Positions 1 through 13,000 of a stretch of DNA of 64,000 bases are shown piece after piece (position 1 is the stretch's first letter; the number at the start of each line of letters is the position of its first letter). The stretch is from contig CM120644.1 of the NCBI GenBank assembly GCA_051362555.1, positions 6,580,954-6,644,953 of the forward strand, written 5' to 3'. The notes under the pieces are model-generated. The model made no database searches, was not told the DNA's origin, and was given only the letters and a program-made list of their open reading frames with translations. Position numbers and translations under genes: made by a program. The DNA is from Lingula anatina (lineage: Eukaryota > Animalia > Brachiopoda).

Positions 1-175
1 GAACTCTCAGTTGTTGTTATAATCAAAGTCCCTCTTGACTTTGATTATAATTATGGACAGAATTTTTACTCCTGACGAAACGTACAAGTATATATATTTA
101 CAGAATCAATATGAACTGTTATCGCGAGAGGGTGGCAGTGTATTATTTGACAAACGTGTACACCACATCTCTAGG

Positions 176-361
176 CACAAACCAGTAGCCGGGGGGGGGG
201 GGGGGGGGGGGGGGGGTCGGGGGGTTCGAAAGAACCGCCCCTTTCGCTAGGAAAAAGTCCACTTTGGGAAAATTTTGATCTAGATACATGGCGTTTTATG
301 GGAAAAGGTCCACTTTTTCAGAAAAAGAACCCCCCTTTTGAAATTGCTGGCTACGGGCCTG
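176..361. mobile_element. Short non-autonomous DNA element (MITE-like) with poly-G left arm
   Basis: Left end '..aaaccagtagccggggg' imperfectly mirrors the right end 'ctggctacgggcctg'. 'aaagtccacttt' and 'aaagaacc' each occur twice internally. No TSD resolved. Confidence 0.4.
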
Positions 362-933
362 AGGTATGAATATTAGTATGCGAAGGTGGTTTTGCCGAGC
401 TCCACAGCTGGCCACTACTACCCCCAGCCACCGTCTACGACCCTGATCAGCTCTCTTACACACTCCCGAGATCATTTCACATTAATCACCACCGAACTGT
501 CCTTGCAACTCGTACACTGGCACTCCATTAGGAACAAACACATAGTGTTTTTCTTATCGCTGAGTAAAACAAGAAACATAAATCAAATTATAAAAATACA
601 AAAGACAATTATTAAAGACAAAGGCGTATCTGTGAGAGTGGTTTAATACGACTGACCGTGACAGCCTGGCGCAAACCAATACCAAGGGACACGTTTAGAC
701 CACTGCTTTGAAATTCGCTAGATCGAAAAGCCAGTTTTGACAGCGATGTTATCGACGTTAAAAGGGAATAAAACAGCAATCAAGCAGGCATTCCAGTGTT
801 ACACGTGGGGGGAGGAAGGGAGGAGGTCCAGTCCCAATACAGTCTAAACTGGCCCAAAACAAAACAGGGGTATCATATATGGACCCTTTCGGTGGAGTGA
901 GGACACAGTCTTGATATCTCCGCCAAAGTGATC

Positions 934-3259
934 ATGTACTTTTCACTGCTGCTGCTGAACCTCTTCGTCGCTGTTGCCCCCAATAATGTGGAATACAGTA
1001 AGTAGAAAAAGTCGACTCTGTCATAAGTTTGGTTTGTCCTAGAGGTCATTACACATAATTTTGTTCACTTTCTAACGATTTTAATGCTAGCGTGTCCGTT
1101 GCGAGGGAGTTAATACGTTTTATCTGATTTTTTATAGTTAATTATCTTGCATTTTTAAATATTTCTTTTTCGTAATGTGTCCTGAACTTTTCAATATATT
1201 CTAGACTTTTAATGGATTATCATTATTAGTGATAGTATTATGATATTAATATTAAGCATGTTCACTAAGTACGTATTGCTCACTATAGAAAAAGTGTCCC
1301 TTTTAACCGTACATCACTGAAAAGATGTAATTCTAAAATATTGCATGTTTAGGGACACATTTACAATGGGTTTAGAATCAACCCCTTTTAATGATAAAGC
1401 ATATTTGTTTTATTGACTATTTAAGAAGTTTTTGAGTGCGTGTTTTCCAGGCTGCTATTACTGCGAGTTCAACGTTGAAGACGTGAATGCTGGCTTTGGC
1501 GCATGCGCAAATCCTGATGAAGACTCGGGTGTGGCTGTCTCGTACTGCGACTCGGGCGCCTGCTACAGTAGATGGAATCCTAAGTCTGGGTGTAAGATAT
1601 TTGTCTATTTTTTTTCATTATTAATCTGATCAACCGTTGAACTTTCCTTCCATTTTGTCTTTTCTTTCTACTATTCTTTGTAATGATTTATTCTCTTTGA
1701 GTTTATAATGATTTTTTCCTTCATGTATGTAGCATACATTGAACATGTGCATATTACATAATATCTCTCTCTTTTTTCTTTCTTTCTTCTTTCTATTCAT
1801 TTTTTTCACCCTCTTAATTTTTCTTTTCATCATGTTCTTTCTTATTTCTTGTTCAGTTGTGATCCGTGGTTGCCATGCCGGCGAGACCAATGTTGCTGTC
1901 ACCACCAGGGGCTGCACAAGGAACGCTAATGGCGAGGTGGTTTGCTCATGCGCAGCTAGTGAGGTCCCATGTAACCATGACGACATGGCGCCATATTATT
2001 TTGGTCGCCCCGGGAGATATTTTGCACTGAAGCAAAAGTTTGCCCCAGCCGCTGCAGCCGTTGAACACTCTGCCGATCATTACAATGGCTTTGTTTCCAA
2101 CACTAGAGGGATAGTTGCGTCACTCCGAGCGGCTGCAGCCCGTGCTCCTGCTCCTGCCTCAGTTCCTCTCGGTGCCTCAGATCCTGCAGTGGAGCACACA
2201 GCCGATCATGAGAATGGCTTTGTTGCTTTCGGTGCTCCGGCAGCGACTCCAGGTGCCTCAGATCCTGCAGTGGAACACTCAGCCGATCATGAGAATGGCT
2301 TTGTTGCTTTCGGTGCTCCGGCAGCGAATTCTGGTGCCTCAGGTGCTGCAGCGGAACACTCAGCCGATCATGAGAATGGCTTTGTTGCTTTCGGTGCTCC
2401 GGCAGCGACGTCAGGTGCCTCAGATCCTGCTGTGGAACACTCAGCCGATCATGAGAATGGCTTTGTTGCTTTCGGTGCTCCGGCAGCGAATTCTGGTGCC
2501 TCAGATGCTGCAGTGGAACACTCAGCCGATCATGAGAATGGCTTTGTTGCTTTCGGTGCTCCGGCAGCGACGTCAGGTGCCTCAGATCCTGCTGTGGAAC
2601 ACTCAGCCGATCATGAGAATGGCTTTGTTGCTTTCGGTGCTCCGGCAGCGAATTCTGGTGCCTCAGATGCTGCAGTGGAACACTCAGCCGATCATGAGAA
2701 TGGCTTTGTTGCTTTCGGTGCTCCGGCAGCGACGTCAGGTGCCTCAGATCCTGCTGTGGAACACTCAGCCGATCATGAGAATGGCTTTGTTGCTTTCGGT
2801 GCTCCGGCAGCGAATTCTGGTGCCTCAGATGCTGCAGTGGAACACTCAGCCGATCATGAGAATGGCTTTGTTGCTTTCGGTGCTCCGGCAGCGACGTCAG
2901 GTGCCTCAGATCCTGCTGTGGAACACTCAGCCGATCATGAGAATGGCTTTGTTGCTTTCGGTGCCCCGGCAGCGAATTCTGGTGCTTCAGATTCTGCAGG
3001 GGGTCCCTCGGCCGATCATGAAGGCGGTTTTGTTTCTTTCGGTGCCCCACCAGCGACTTCAGGCGCCTCAGATCCCGCAGTGGAACCCTCGGCCGATCAT
3101 GAGAATGGTTTTGTTGATATCGGTGCCCCAGGTGTGACTTCCGGTGCATCAGATCAACCTGTAATGGTACACTCAGCGGATCATTACAACGGACTGATAA
3201 CAGTGAGCAGGGGGATAGTGGCGTTTCTGAGGGCAGCTGCTGCTAGTGTGGCTGTGTAA
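934..3259 (+). CDS. Secreted Ly6/uPAR (three-finger, quiver-like) protein with C-terminal 27-aa tandem repeats; 3 coding exons, ~535 aa
   Basis: Exons 934-997 (MYFSLLLLNLFVAVAPNNVEY, signal-peptide-like), 1451-1591 and 1857-3259. Both introns are GT-AG and phase 1, and the joined CDS is 1608 nt in frame. The spliced domain has 10 Cys in the pattern CxxC..C..C..CY..RGC..C..CxC..CN typical of Ly6/quiver. AATAAA at 3431-3436. Confidence 0.85.
2060..3256 (+). repeat. Coding tandem repeat, 81-bp/27-aa unit (EHSADHENGFVAFGAPAA[T/N]SGASD[P/A]AV): 12 core units plus 2 divergent flanking units
   Basis: Read directly from DNA and translation. T..DP and N..DA variants alternate, giving a 162-bp higher-order unit. 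Confidence 0.95.
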
Positions 3260-4743
3260 GAAGGATGAGGTTGGCGTGGGCCACCTGAGGATCTTCAGAT
3301 GGCGGGGAATTAAATGCTCTACGCCCTGTTGCCGCCAGGTTTTGCTACATGTTTAAATTGCATAAGACGTTAATACAAACATCTCTTATCAGACTTTCAT
3401 ATGATGTTACTAAACGCCATTGTCTCTGTCAATAAACACTTTTCATTCTACTTCCATTGTATTAGCTCTCATAATCTTGTTTATAATTACCCTTTTTTAA
3501 CTCTGGCTGCAGATGACGCTGTTTATCAAAGTGCACGGATATTTTAGTAAGATTAAAGCAACAGCATTTCCATCATTTTTCTATAAAACTGCCGGTATAA
3601 GTTTGTTAAAAAGCGAGGGTTGTAATAAAATGTATTTTGTATTTTAACTTGTGAATTTCATACAGATGATGTGCAGTTAGGAAAAATAATTAAAATGGTG
3701 ATAATTACAATGTGAAGATTTTGTGTTCAGGGTCTTCGTTCGAAATAATGAAATTATGTTCTCTATTTTTCCTTCCTTACACTTTTCCCATCTCTCTCCC
3801 TCTTCTTAAATCGATCCCAGTTTATGATTTCAATGAATACATTTAAGCCAACGTGATGTTAATGACCTTACGACATGTACATCAAAACAGTAAAACGTCG
3901 ATATTTTTAAAAAATGTGTCTTTAATGTTAATCTTACTTGAATCTTCAAAAATATATAAATAAACATCTTTCAAAACCATTACTCTTCACATCTGTAATC
4001 ATTCAGGTTCCATAAATTTATTGCATCTCAGGCCAGCAGATATTAACATATAAATTGCCTCTCTATGGCCCGCCACATGACTTATGTAGAAATATTTACT
4101 TATTTACAATAAATCTTATTTACAATTTTTTAATTTATACATATGTACAGATATTTAGCATTTTGTGGAATTTCATATCCATTTGTTAATTAAAACGAAA
4201 TCAGCGCCATTGAAGTTGATGATCATACTGAAAACATTTTTTTTGCAAATGCATAGGCTATTACTTATTCGCAATAAAAAAATCTGTTGCGAAATTCTGT
4301 TCATAACATGACAATTCCCGAAACACCCTGCCTAGGGTTTATTCACCGTTCTCAAGACCGAGCAGCTTCTTTAACTTTTGGCCTTTCTACTGATATGAAA
4401 TGCCGTTCTTCCAGCATTTCCACTGTGGATAAAATGTAGAATGTGTCCTGTTCATAACCCGTCCTTTTCTCCAATTAGTAAGTCACTTTTTCGTAGAATA
4501 CGGATCCAAAGTAGGGAATTGCGTCCGTAAGCAAGCGTTCATAGCATTCAACTTTTCCTGAACCGTTCATATTTGGCATCACTGATGTAAATAATCAATT
4601 CTATGTACAAAGTTTTGGTATTTCTATTTACAAGTCCAGTCCAGGATTATTTACATGCAATTCATAAAAGCATATCCAATATTGGCTTTGAGCGTTAGTG
4701 GCAAATTGTGGTAGAGAAGACAGACGGAGAAGACTGCGAATGC

Positions 4744-7700
4744 TCATGGGTGAGCGCACTTCATGTGCTCGAACGAACTCCAGTACTGCCAAGTGAGTTC
4801 CTCCCTGGAAAAGAAAATAATACTCTTTATTCTGTTGGTCAAGGCTACGAGGGCGATTATTCCTATTGTTTTAGTTTTATTTATCTCAAAATGTATTCAC
4901 GGTTCATGTTTCTACATTAAAAGGAAAATTATCATTTGATAAGATTTGAATGGAGCAGAAATACCTGTGAATTATCTGTGAATTATAAAAGGCAATGTGC
5001 AAAATACGCATAGAAATGAACAGAGAAGTGGTAAGGGAAAATGAACAGGGAGGACGTATAGACATAATCTAAAAAAGAAAACCTCAGAAATAACGAAAAT
5101 AATGAGTAAATAAAACAAAGGTGATATTATATCAGCATTAGCATGGAAACCCTACTTACTCTCTGGGTGTTTTTCTTCCAGTGTCTTTACAAATGAGCCC
5201 TTTATCGCACGGGCAGAGTTCGTTGAGACTGTAGTCTAGGCCACCCTTAGGAACGTAGCAGTTCTCGGCAAGTTGAAGCTTGGCTTTGCAAACTTTTTCC
5301 CCGTGTTGTCGAGCGCAGCACATGCTACTGCCGCAGTCACGGTCATGCTTGCAACGGGCACCTGTTATAATAATAGAATGAGATGATTAGAATAATCATA
5401 GATAAAATTCAGAATGTTATCATGAGAAGGAATTTCGCTGAAAAAACTTAAATATTTCTTCTTCTTTTACATTATTTGAAATTTAAAAAAAATGGAAACT
5501 ACATTGAGAATTATTGATTTTAACAAGTTTTAATTACAACTTTCAAAAAACCATCATCTCCCGTTCCACTGACCATAAAAAAAACACGTTCTTCCTACTC
5601 AGGTGTACCATTAAACTCGCAAGTGACATCTCGCGACGACAACATCTGTGCAAACCCCTTTCAAACAACGCCTGCCAGAGAGTAGAGAAAAGCACCGCTG
5701 CCAAACTCGCGAATTCTTTCACCACTCAACACACCGCAGTGGCACATAAATCTATCTCTGTCTCTCTCCCCCTCTTTCTCTCTCTCAGACACTTAATTCA
5801 AGGTGACTGGTGGGATCGTATTACACTTCTGTCATATGTTCGCGACACTTAACCCTGCTTCACGTCGCGGCGTTTTGGTTAATTGTCTCCCCCGCTGGGG
5901 CGACATTGAACTGCCAAACATGCCACGTACGATGATCTACCTGGCAAGGTGCCATCAGAAGTGGGTCGCTGTGATGTTGTTTTTTTTTTTTTTTTTTTTT
6001 CATTTCTTTTTTATTTAAGAATGATAGAAATTCGAGGATCATACGTTTGACATAAAGTTGGCTGATTTGTAATGCATTTAGGACAAAAAAATTATCCGAT
6101 TTACGCGAGAATAATCTTATCCCGATTAGAGTACCTCCACAGCACACGCACGCACAAAAACACACACACACACACGCATACACGCACACATAAATATCAT
6201 CTCAATATCAAGATCTACCGCAAATATAATTCACCAGACTCTTATAAGGGACAATATTGTACAAGTTATATTAGCGTAAGTTATTGCGGTTTGTATTTCT
6301 TCGATATTCTTGGCTGCAACCCCACTTTTATAATTGGTCAGTTTGTTCTTATTTTGATATCGCACAGCAGGTTGCAGATACCGGACAGTGCGTTGAACAC
6401 GACTGATTTGCTTTGAAAGAAGTCGCAGTTGAGCAATAATAATAGGGGCCTACTTAGTTTACTGAAAGAGAAAGCGCGTGTGTGGCAGACGATCTTGGCA
6501 GACGACTCGATATAGTAGTTTGCCTTTCAGTGTAGCCCGGTTCGTTGGCAGGTGAAAAAGGCGAGATTTATTGTTCGTGATCGACCTGTCTCTGTCACGG
6601 TTAGACCAGCTATTATCTCCACTGGATACTCCGAGGGAGTTTGTTTGGAAAACTAAACAAAATGGCAGACCACACAAATGGTAGATCACAAACTGCATTT
6701 ATCTAACCCAGTAGCCGCTCACGAAAAATTCGAGTTTTATTCTCCTAGTGCCGTGTAAATTGAACGCCAATCTAAAATGACAGCATCATTTGGAGCCCAA
6801 AATAACCAACATTTCTGAACCAGAGGAAAAGCATTTCTCACGACTATCTTCATCCGACTCTGGCTTGGCTCCAGGGATGACGATACACTAAACTCCAAAA
6901 TCCCAGAGTTTTATTTTATGAAAAAGACCCCCCTGTCCTCGTCATTACAACACGAAACATAAGGCATTGACTGCTCAACACATTCCCCAATATCCATTAC
7001 GCAAACTGTTCAAGTAAAAATAAACACAAATAAAATGCTATTAGTGAATGTAACACCGTCGCCTGTTTGTTGTTATTTCGTCTCCTTAAATTTCCCGGCG
7101 TTTCGCGTCCACCCTTCGTTAAAATTAAACCAACATCTATAAATAGGGGCGTGCACCATTCTTAAAAGGCATGAAAACAATCGGCTCTGTTTTTCTCTTA
7201 ATGAAACATGACAAAAAACCTTGACGTGCACCCAGAAACCTCACAGAACCCGCTGTGAGACCATGGTGCTAGGAAAAGATTGCACTTTAAGTTAAAAGGA
7301 CTGCCGGTAGTACCCAGCGTCCCCACAGACAATTTTAAGTTACTTGCACCGGTTAAGTGTATCATTTTTGATTACTTTTGCCTTTTGGTCGCATATTTTC
7401 AGCTTTGTTCTTCCGTGGGTAAAGCATTGGTTGTAACTGCTGTCTCTTGTCAAAATATTCGACTGGAGCTCTAAAATGCCTATAGTTATAGTGAACGAAT
7501 TTGATCTATCCCTTACATACACACACACTCACACGTGCACACACACGCACAAACTCATAAACAAACAAACACGCACTCACACAAGGAATTATTCACAAGC
7601 TTCCCTGTACCATTTCTTTTTCGTTTTTCAGCTTTATTTTTTCCCACGTTTATTTCACAAATTAACTCCTTACCTAATTCGCCAGCTTTCTGTGATTTTT

Positions 7701-8688
7701 GGCACTTTCCAAACATGCAGTCGAAACCCTTTTGGCAGTGACCGTCCCTTCGACACGCATCGCCTTCCCGCCTGTGGGGCTCGCATGTTCCGTAGAATTT
7801 ATCGCAGAATCTGTGACGCCCGCAAGATTTATCTGTCGTACATGGCTGTAAGGATAAATAAGGTGCATCTTTGAGATATATAAGCCAAGAGGCCCAATTC
7901 TAAAAATTCTAGAAATGTTTACCTCGTTGCAATGAGCTTTAAAAAATACTGTGCAAATATTGTGGTGATTTTCACTGTGTCAGTAGTCGGAGATAACGCG
8001 ACACATGCTTGTAGTTTAAACATAAGGGTTTGTGGTCTGAATCACATAACAGTTGTAAATCAGTGCCCTGATAGTGGGACCGCATAGGGCACTCAACCCC
8101 CCCCCCCTCCCCCAATAGGGCCTTCATCAACTTTTTTGCATTACTGTTTTGTGACTACTTTACATTGCAACTGCTGATGATGCTTATTGTAACCACTGGT
8201 TAGTGAAATATACAGCTATTCGCCACTTATAAAAATGTTTTGAAGCAATCAGTCTGATATATAGGCATGTGTATTGGAGAAGATGCTGTAACTGATGTCG
8301 TAATTTCTATTTTTATTTAATTTTTTTTCGCTTCTACAATATTGTGAACAGTCTAAACAACGACATTGATCGTTTTTTATTACACTTGCCTAAATGGGTC
8401 CATGCATAACAACAAATTGCAGTAATAATGCATTGAAGCTGTTATTTATTAATGTTACTGCTATTGGCAACATCATCAGTAGCTCAATATACTTACGTCA
8501 AATGGGTACGTAGGTTCATCCAACTGCGGTCTTTCCAAAGCGTCTCTGTATATATTTTTAGGGTGGTTGCTAAGATCCTCGTCTGTTCCAATAGATCCCC
8601 ATGCAATATTCCAAATGTAAGCATCACAGAAAGTTGCCAGGAAAAAATTCCAAACCACAATTGTCGTAAAAACTGTGTTAAAATCCAT
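4744..8688 (-). CDS. dkk3: Dickkopf-related (Dkk3-like) secreted Cys-rich protein; 4 coding exons, ~208 aa
   Basis: Minus-strand exons: 8688-8497 (MDFNTVFTTIVVWNFFLATFCDAYIWN.., signal peptide), 7845-7674 (PCTTDKSCGRHRFCDKFYGTC..CRRDGHCQKGFDCMFGKC), 5361-5160 (ARCKHDRDCGSSMCCARQHGEKVCK..CYVPKGGLDYSLNELCPCDKGLIC) and 4804-4744 (EELTWQYWSSFEHMKCAHP*). All introns are GT-AG with consistent phases 0/1/2. Two Dkk-type Cys-rich domains, the second colipase-like (CCAR..C..CPC..GL.C). Confidence 0.88.
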
Positions 8689-8929
8689 CGTGAATTTTCC
8701 CGAACAAGCGCACATGTTCTCTCCGTGTTACTGTAGTTGTATATTTTTTCTAGCGAAGGAAACTCAAGAAGTAGCCTAGTAGTTCCCTGTTTGCCGTCTA
8801 AATTTGTCTGTTCCCTGCATTGACAGGGACAGACATTTAAACCATCATTTGTCAAGACTAATTGGTAATTGAAGGGTAATTGAAGAAAACAATATTGTTG
8901 GCTCTGGCATGTTGAAGTGGGCCACGAGT

Positions 8930-9095
8930 GGCCTGTCAGACACGTGACCAGGTTTGGACCAATGGGAGCTCGCGAATCTTCCCTGCCAGCCTCACTCTCT
9001 CTGATCGCCTGCCTCGCGGAGGCTGAGTTGTAAAATGTTGATCTTGCTGTCATAAAACTGCCACCGACCAGCGGGAGACACTTACTGACGTCATG
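8930..9095 (-). promoter_or_regulatory. Putative proximal regulatory region of the Dkk3-like gene
   Basis: Clustered CACGTG E-box, CCAAT, TGTCA sites and a palindromic CRE (TGACGTCA, 9086-9093) lie 250-400 bp upstream of the ATG. A minus-strand GTAAGT at ~9085 may mark a 5'UTR exon donor. Confidence 0.3.
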
Positions 9096-9174
9096 TATCC
9101 CCCCTCAACTTCTCCTGCCCGAATCTATCTCGAGGATAAATATATTCAGAAGAGGAAAGATAGTGCTTCGTGGT

Positions 9175-9210
<36 letters not shown>

Positions 9211-10032
9211 CTCCATTTTAGTAAAACTTTACTTGACAGCAGAAAGTTAAGGTATGAGTGAGAAAAAGAACGACAAGCATTAGACGTGTTCACAACTTCA
9301 GAACCTATTTTGATATTTAAGCTAAATGTTATCTATTTCTTACAAGCTCTCTGAGGGTAGGATTCCCTATATCAATGTTACACACGCGCGCACGCACACG
9401 CAAACACACACACCCACAAACAAATACACATAATTTCACATGCTTGCAAATACTCACACGCGCGCGTACAAACACGTGGTCAAACAAATAAAAAAATACA
9501 GCCAGAGACATGCATTTTCAACCAGCTAGACCCAACCTGCCTAGTTCATCTTCATCAGATACTCTCATAAACAGCAACAAACCGCGTTAAATTAAGCGTG
9601 AACAAGTGGCATTTTAATGCCCGCATTTTAATGACTGGTTATTATACAAACCATTTTGCCGTTGTAACACCTTGATCTATGATTAAAATGCCACGGGTGT
9701 ACACATGTGTCCCATACTCCACATTACGGGGGGAGATACTGGCGCATCGCTGGGATGCTTCTCTCTTTTATCAACATAAAATGATGTGGGATTCATCCCC
9801 CTTATTATTGAAAGCACCGTAGCGCAGACCCAAGTCTATATACAACTGTGCGAATAAGGAGATCTCGTTGGAAGAAATCAGTCATCCATTTCTGATTAAT
9901 GTAGAAAAATGGAGTTGCGATCGCGTAGGAATTGCTTTTTTTTTAAAGAAACATAAAGCTTCCGTTCACATTGTTCTTGGGCGCTACTTTTTATATATCT
10001 GTTTTATTTTTACCATTATTTATCGATAAATT

Positions 10033-10063
<31 letters not shown>

Positions 10064-13000
10064 TGCAAAGTGCAGCTACTTCGTATTATATATATGCATT
10101 ATAAATGCAGCGACTTCTCGTTGGTCTACACGCATATCATGTATATAAGTACAGCGACTGATACACAGGTAAAGTCCTTGTAGATCAACAGGATCTGTCA
10201 CTTGTCACTCTCCCCACTCTTCACCCTGGCACCCTCCTCATTGATCTGATACATATATTACACGTGTAAATTGGCCAAGGAGGCGGACACCTCACTTTAA
10301 TGGCATATTGTGGTCTACCCCGTGACACCGGGGAATTAAGTGGATGTCAGGTGCGATATTCGGGCACTTAACTCACCTCTCCTAGATCATTTTTACAAAA
10401 TGACAATCGTTGCTGTTCCCAGTATCCGAAACTAAATTTATTTCTATTTTCTGACCTCCTCCTTTCTCCAACTTTACCACTTTCCCTCCAATTAACACAC
10501 CTTTCAAATGAAACGTTGAGCCTTTGTAAACATTGGACCATGATGCATATAGTAGTCCACTCATTAAAGAGGGGTTGAGACAAACAACATTTAAAAAAAA
10601 ACTACTCACAGACACATTTTCTTTTTCAAAATGACAAAATTTCAAATTGCTTAAAATAAGGGCAGGTTTAAAAAAAGTCAAGTAGCAGTCACAATGTACT
10701 AGATGGCAGTCTGGAATGCAAATAATCTGGAGATTTATCTGATCCACGACTGCCATAGATTATGTGGTTCTAAAATGTAGGCTAAATCTATTGTCTGAGT
10801 AATCAACTAAAAATAAGAAAATTAAGGGGATCCCGAATAAAAATTGCATTTCCAAAACTGGCAAATTTTGCAACCAATCTGGGAAAGAGGTCATCTAAAA
10901 ACGTCACCCCAATAAGGTAGACTGTCATTTAGTTACGCTGGTCTCATACAGACACTTAATGAGTATCTCAGATCACGCCTGTCAGTGACAGCTAAAACAT
11001 CCCTTAATCTTGATGAACTGAGCCGGGTGTACCCCAGACTGGAGAGTGATATGAAGCCACTTGTCACTCTCCGCCTGTCATCTTGGTGCGATGTCACTGA
11101 ACTCCACCTGTCGCGAATTGCTCTGTCCGACACCGCGACAACGTCTGACACGTGCTTTCCCAGTCGCCATGATCTCCAGGCTACAGATTTGGGGGAAGGG
11201 AAGGGGGGGGGGGGGGGGGGAGATGGCCAACCTGTATCATAGATGTGTATATGTAAGTGCATGTGTGTGTGTGTGGGGGGGGGGGGGGGGTAGTGGGAGT
11301 ATGTTTGTCACAACGGGCGAGAAGGATTTATTTTATGGGATTTTAAATTTCATAAGATGATATTTTGTATATAAAAGTGTTCATGAAACTTTTTGAAAGA
11401 AAAGGAGAGAAAGAGTGTGTAAGAAAGAAAAGGCAATGAAGGACGCGTGTCAGATCCGTGTATGTAAAAGGTGTGCTTGAATTTCTTTTCAGAAGTGTGA
11501 AATACTGTCAATTAAACCAGTTTCAGAGGTATAAGAACAGAAAGAAGGGGGAGCAGAGCGGGGCGGGGCGGAGGGGGGGGGGGTGAAAGGACAGCGTCCC
11601 TCGTGTCAACCGATTTCCATACGGCACCCCATGGATTCATTAAATGACTTATCAGTGCCAACATTTATAATGATCAGACAAACCATCTTAATGGAACGAC
11701 TCTGTCACAACCACGGAGAGCGTCAGACTCGTTGATCGCCGCCACAGCACATCTGGAAATTTGAAATACATCGAAAGAGGTTGACCTGCGTCGCCTCTGA
11801 AGCTTGACACAACCGGCTTTTCAGAGTTTTTCACAGAGTCGCCCTGTGCCCCTCTTTCGTTACCATTTACCTACACTTTCTTCTAAACACTCAGGTGCCC
11901 CAACCGGATTAAACCTCTTTATGATTTTTATCAGTGGGAACTGATCATGAACAGTAATTATCGACGTATTAGGCTGGCTGAAATCTCAGTAGTTTGCGCA
12001 CTCTCTCGTACGACAAACAGAACTGACATTTGATTCATTTTCTCGTGAAAAAAAATAATAATAAACATTCCTTCTTGATGTCTTATTATTTCATTTTGTG
12101 ATAGACGTTTTCATGTTCAGTGTTAATTCTCAAGTGATTAAGATAATTTATGGGTTAATATGTACTTCAGACCAGCACACACTCTTGATACGCAGTAAAG
12201 CACTTTCCAGTTGATATTCCATGAGAGATATTTGAACAAGGGTAGATAAACTTATATTGAGCAGAAAAAATATCTAAAGTGAAATTTTAATTTAAAAAAA
12301 GAAAAGGAAAAAAATGAAAAGCCTCATGGGGAAATTTCCGTAGTCCCACTGCTCTTTGCTGTTATGCCTAGTGTGGTTGAAAATGTGTGTGTGTGTGGGG
12401 GGGGGGGGGGTGCTGCTCTTACACTCACGGTTTGATATATGTATCAAAATTAGCACAAGAGAGCAAAGGATTCGTAGACAGATAACTACATTGTCCGGGA
12501 GACAGTCGGTACTCACTGTAAAGAAAAAAGTCATTTCAATGGTGTAAAATGAGTAATGTGGATGTGACCCATTCACACACGCACATGCCCACGTGCAAAC
12601 GTTCATATGTACATATGCATCCTTGCATATTTTAACACAAAATCAAGAATACACACACACATACAGAAACGCATAAAAATACCAGGTTAAAAAATGCTTA
12701 GCAGAGAGAAATATGAAAGTTTTACGTTCCTTGCGCCCCCGTAATCCCCCCCCACCCCTCGCTCGTGACACCTACCGTAAAGTCCCGAAAATAATGCGCG
12801 TATAGTGATGCATTCAGTGCCTTAAAAACACAAGCAACTCCGTTCTGATCTCATAATTCGTGCTTGGAAACAGCCAAAAACACATAACGTTTACTTATTT
12901 ATTGATTTATTTATTTATGTTTAAATACGTCTTCTTGAGTTATGAAGAACTCAAAAAAGAATGCCAGCCCAGGTATGTCTGCACGTCGTGTGGACGTAGG

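Noticed and set aside
191-216. Long G/C homopolymers (also ~9177, ~11203, ~54052) as functional G-quadruplexes
   Set aside because: Common in this sequence, often within MITE arms; lengths are unreliable and no specific function is supportable.
1739-1856. Hydrophobic N-terminus of the 506-aa ORF as a signal or TM segment
   Set aside because: It is the polypyrimidine tract of intron 2; the real N-terminus comes from exons at 934 and 1451.
2103-3149. Long overlapping ORFs (348 aa minus, 340 aa plus)
   Set aside because: By-products of a stop-free 81-bp unit; they are confined to the array.
2171-3153. CRISPR array or neuropeptide precursor
   Set aside because: Eukaryotic coding repeat without unique spacers; no dibasic cleavage sites between units.
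4477-4590. Short minus-strand frame MPNMNGSG..EKVTY* as an extra Dkk exon
   Set aside because: The Dkk CDS already ends at 4744 with its final Cys; no homology recognised, probably 3'UTR.
9606-9694. 13-bp inverted repeat GTGGCATTTTAAT / ATTAAAATGCCAC
   Set aside because: Short, no TSD, no further structure to support a call.
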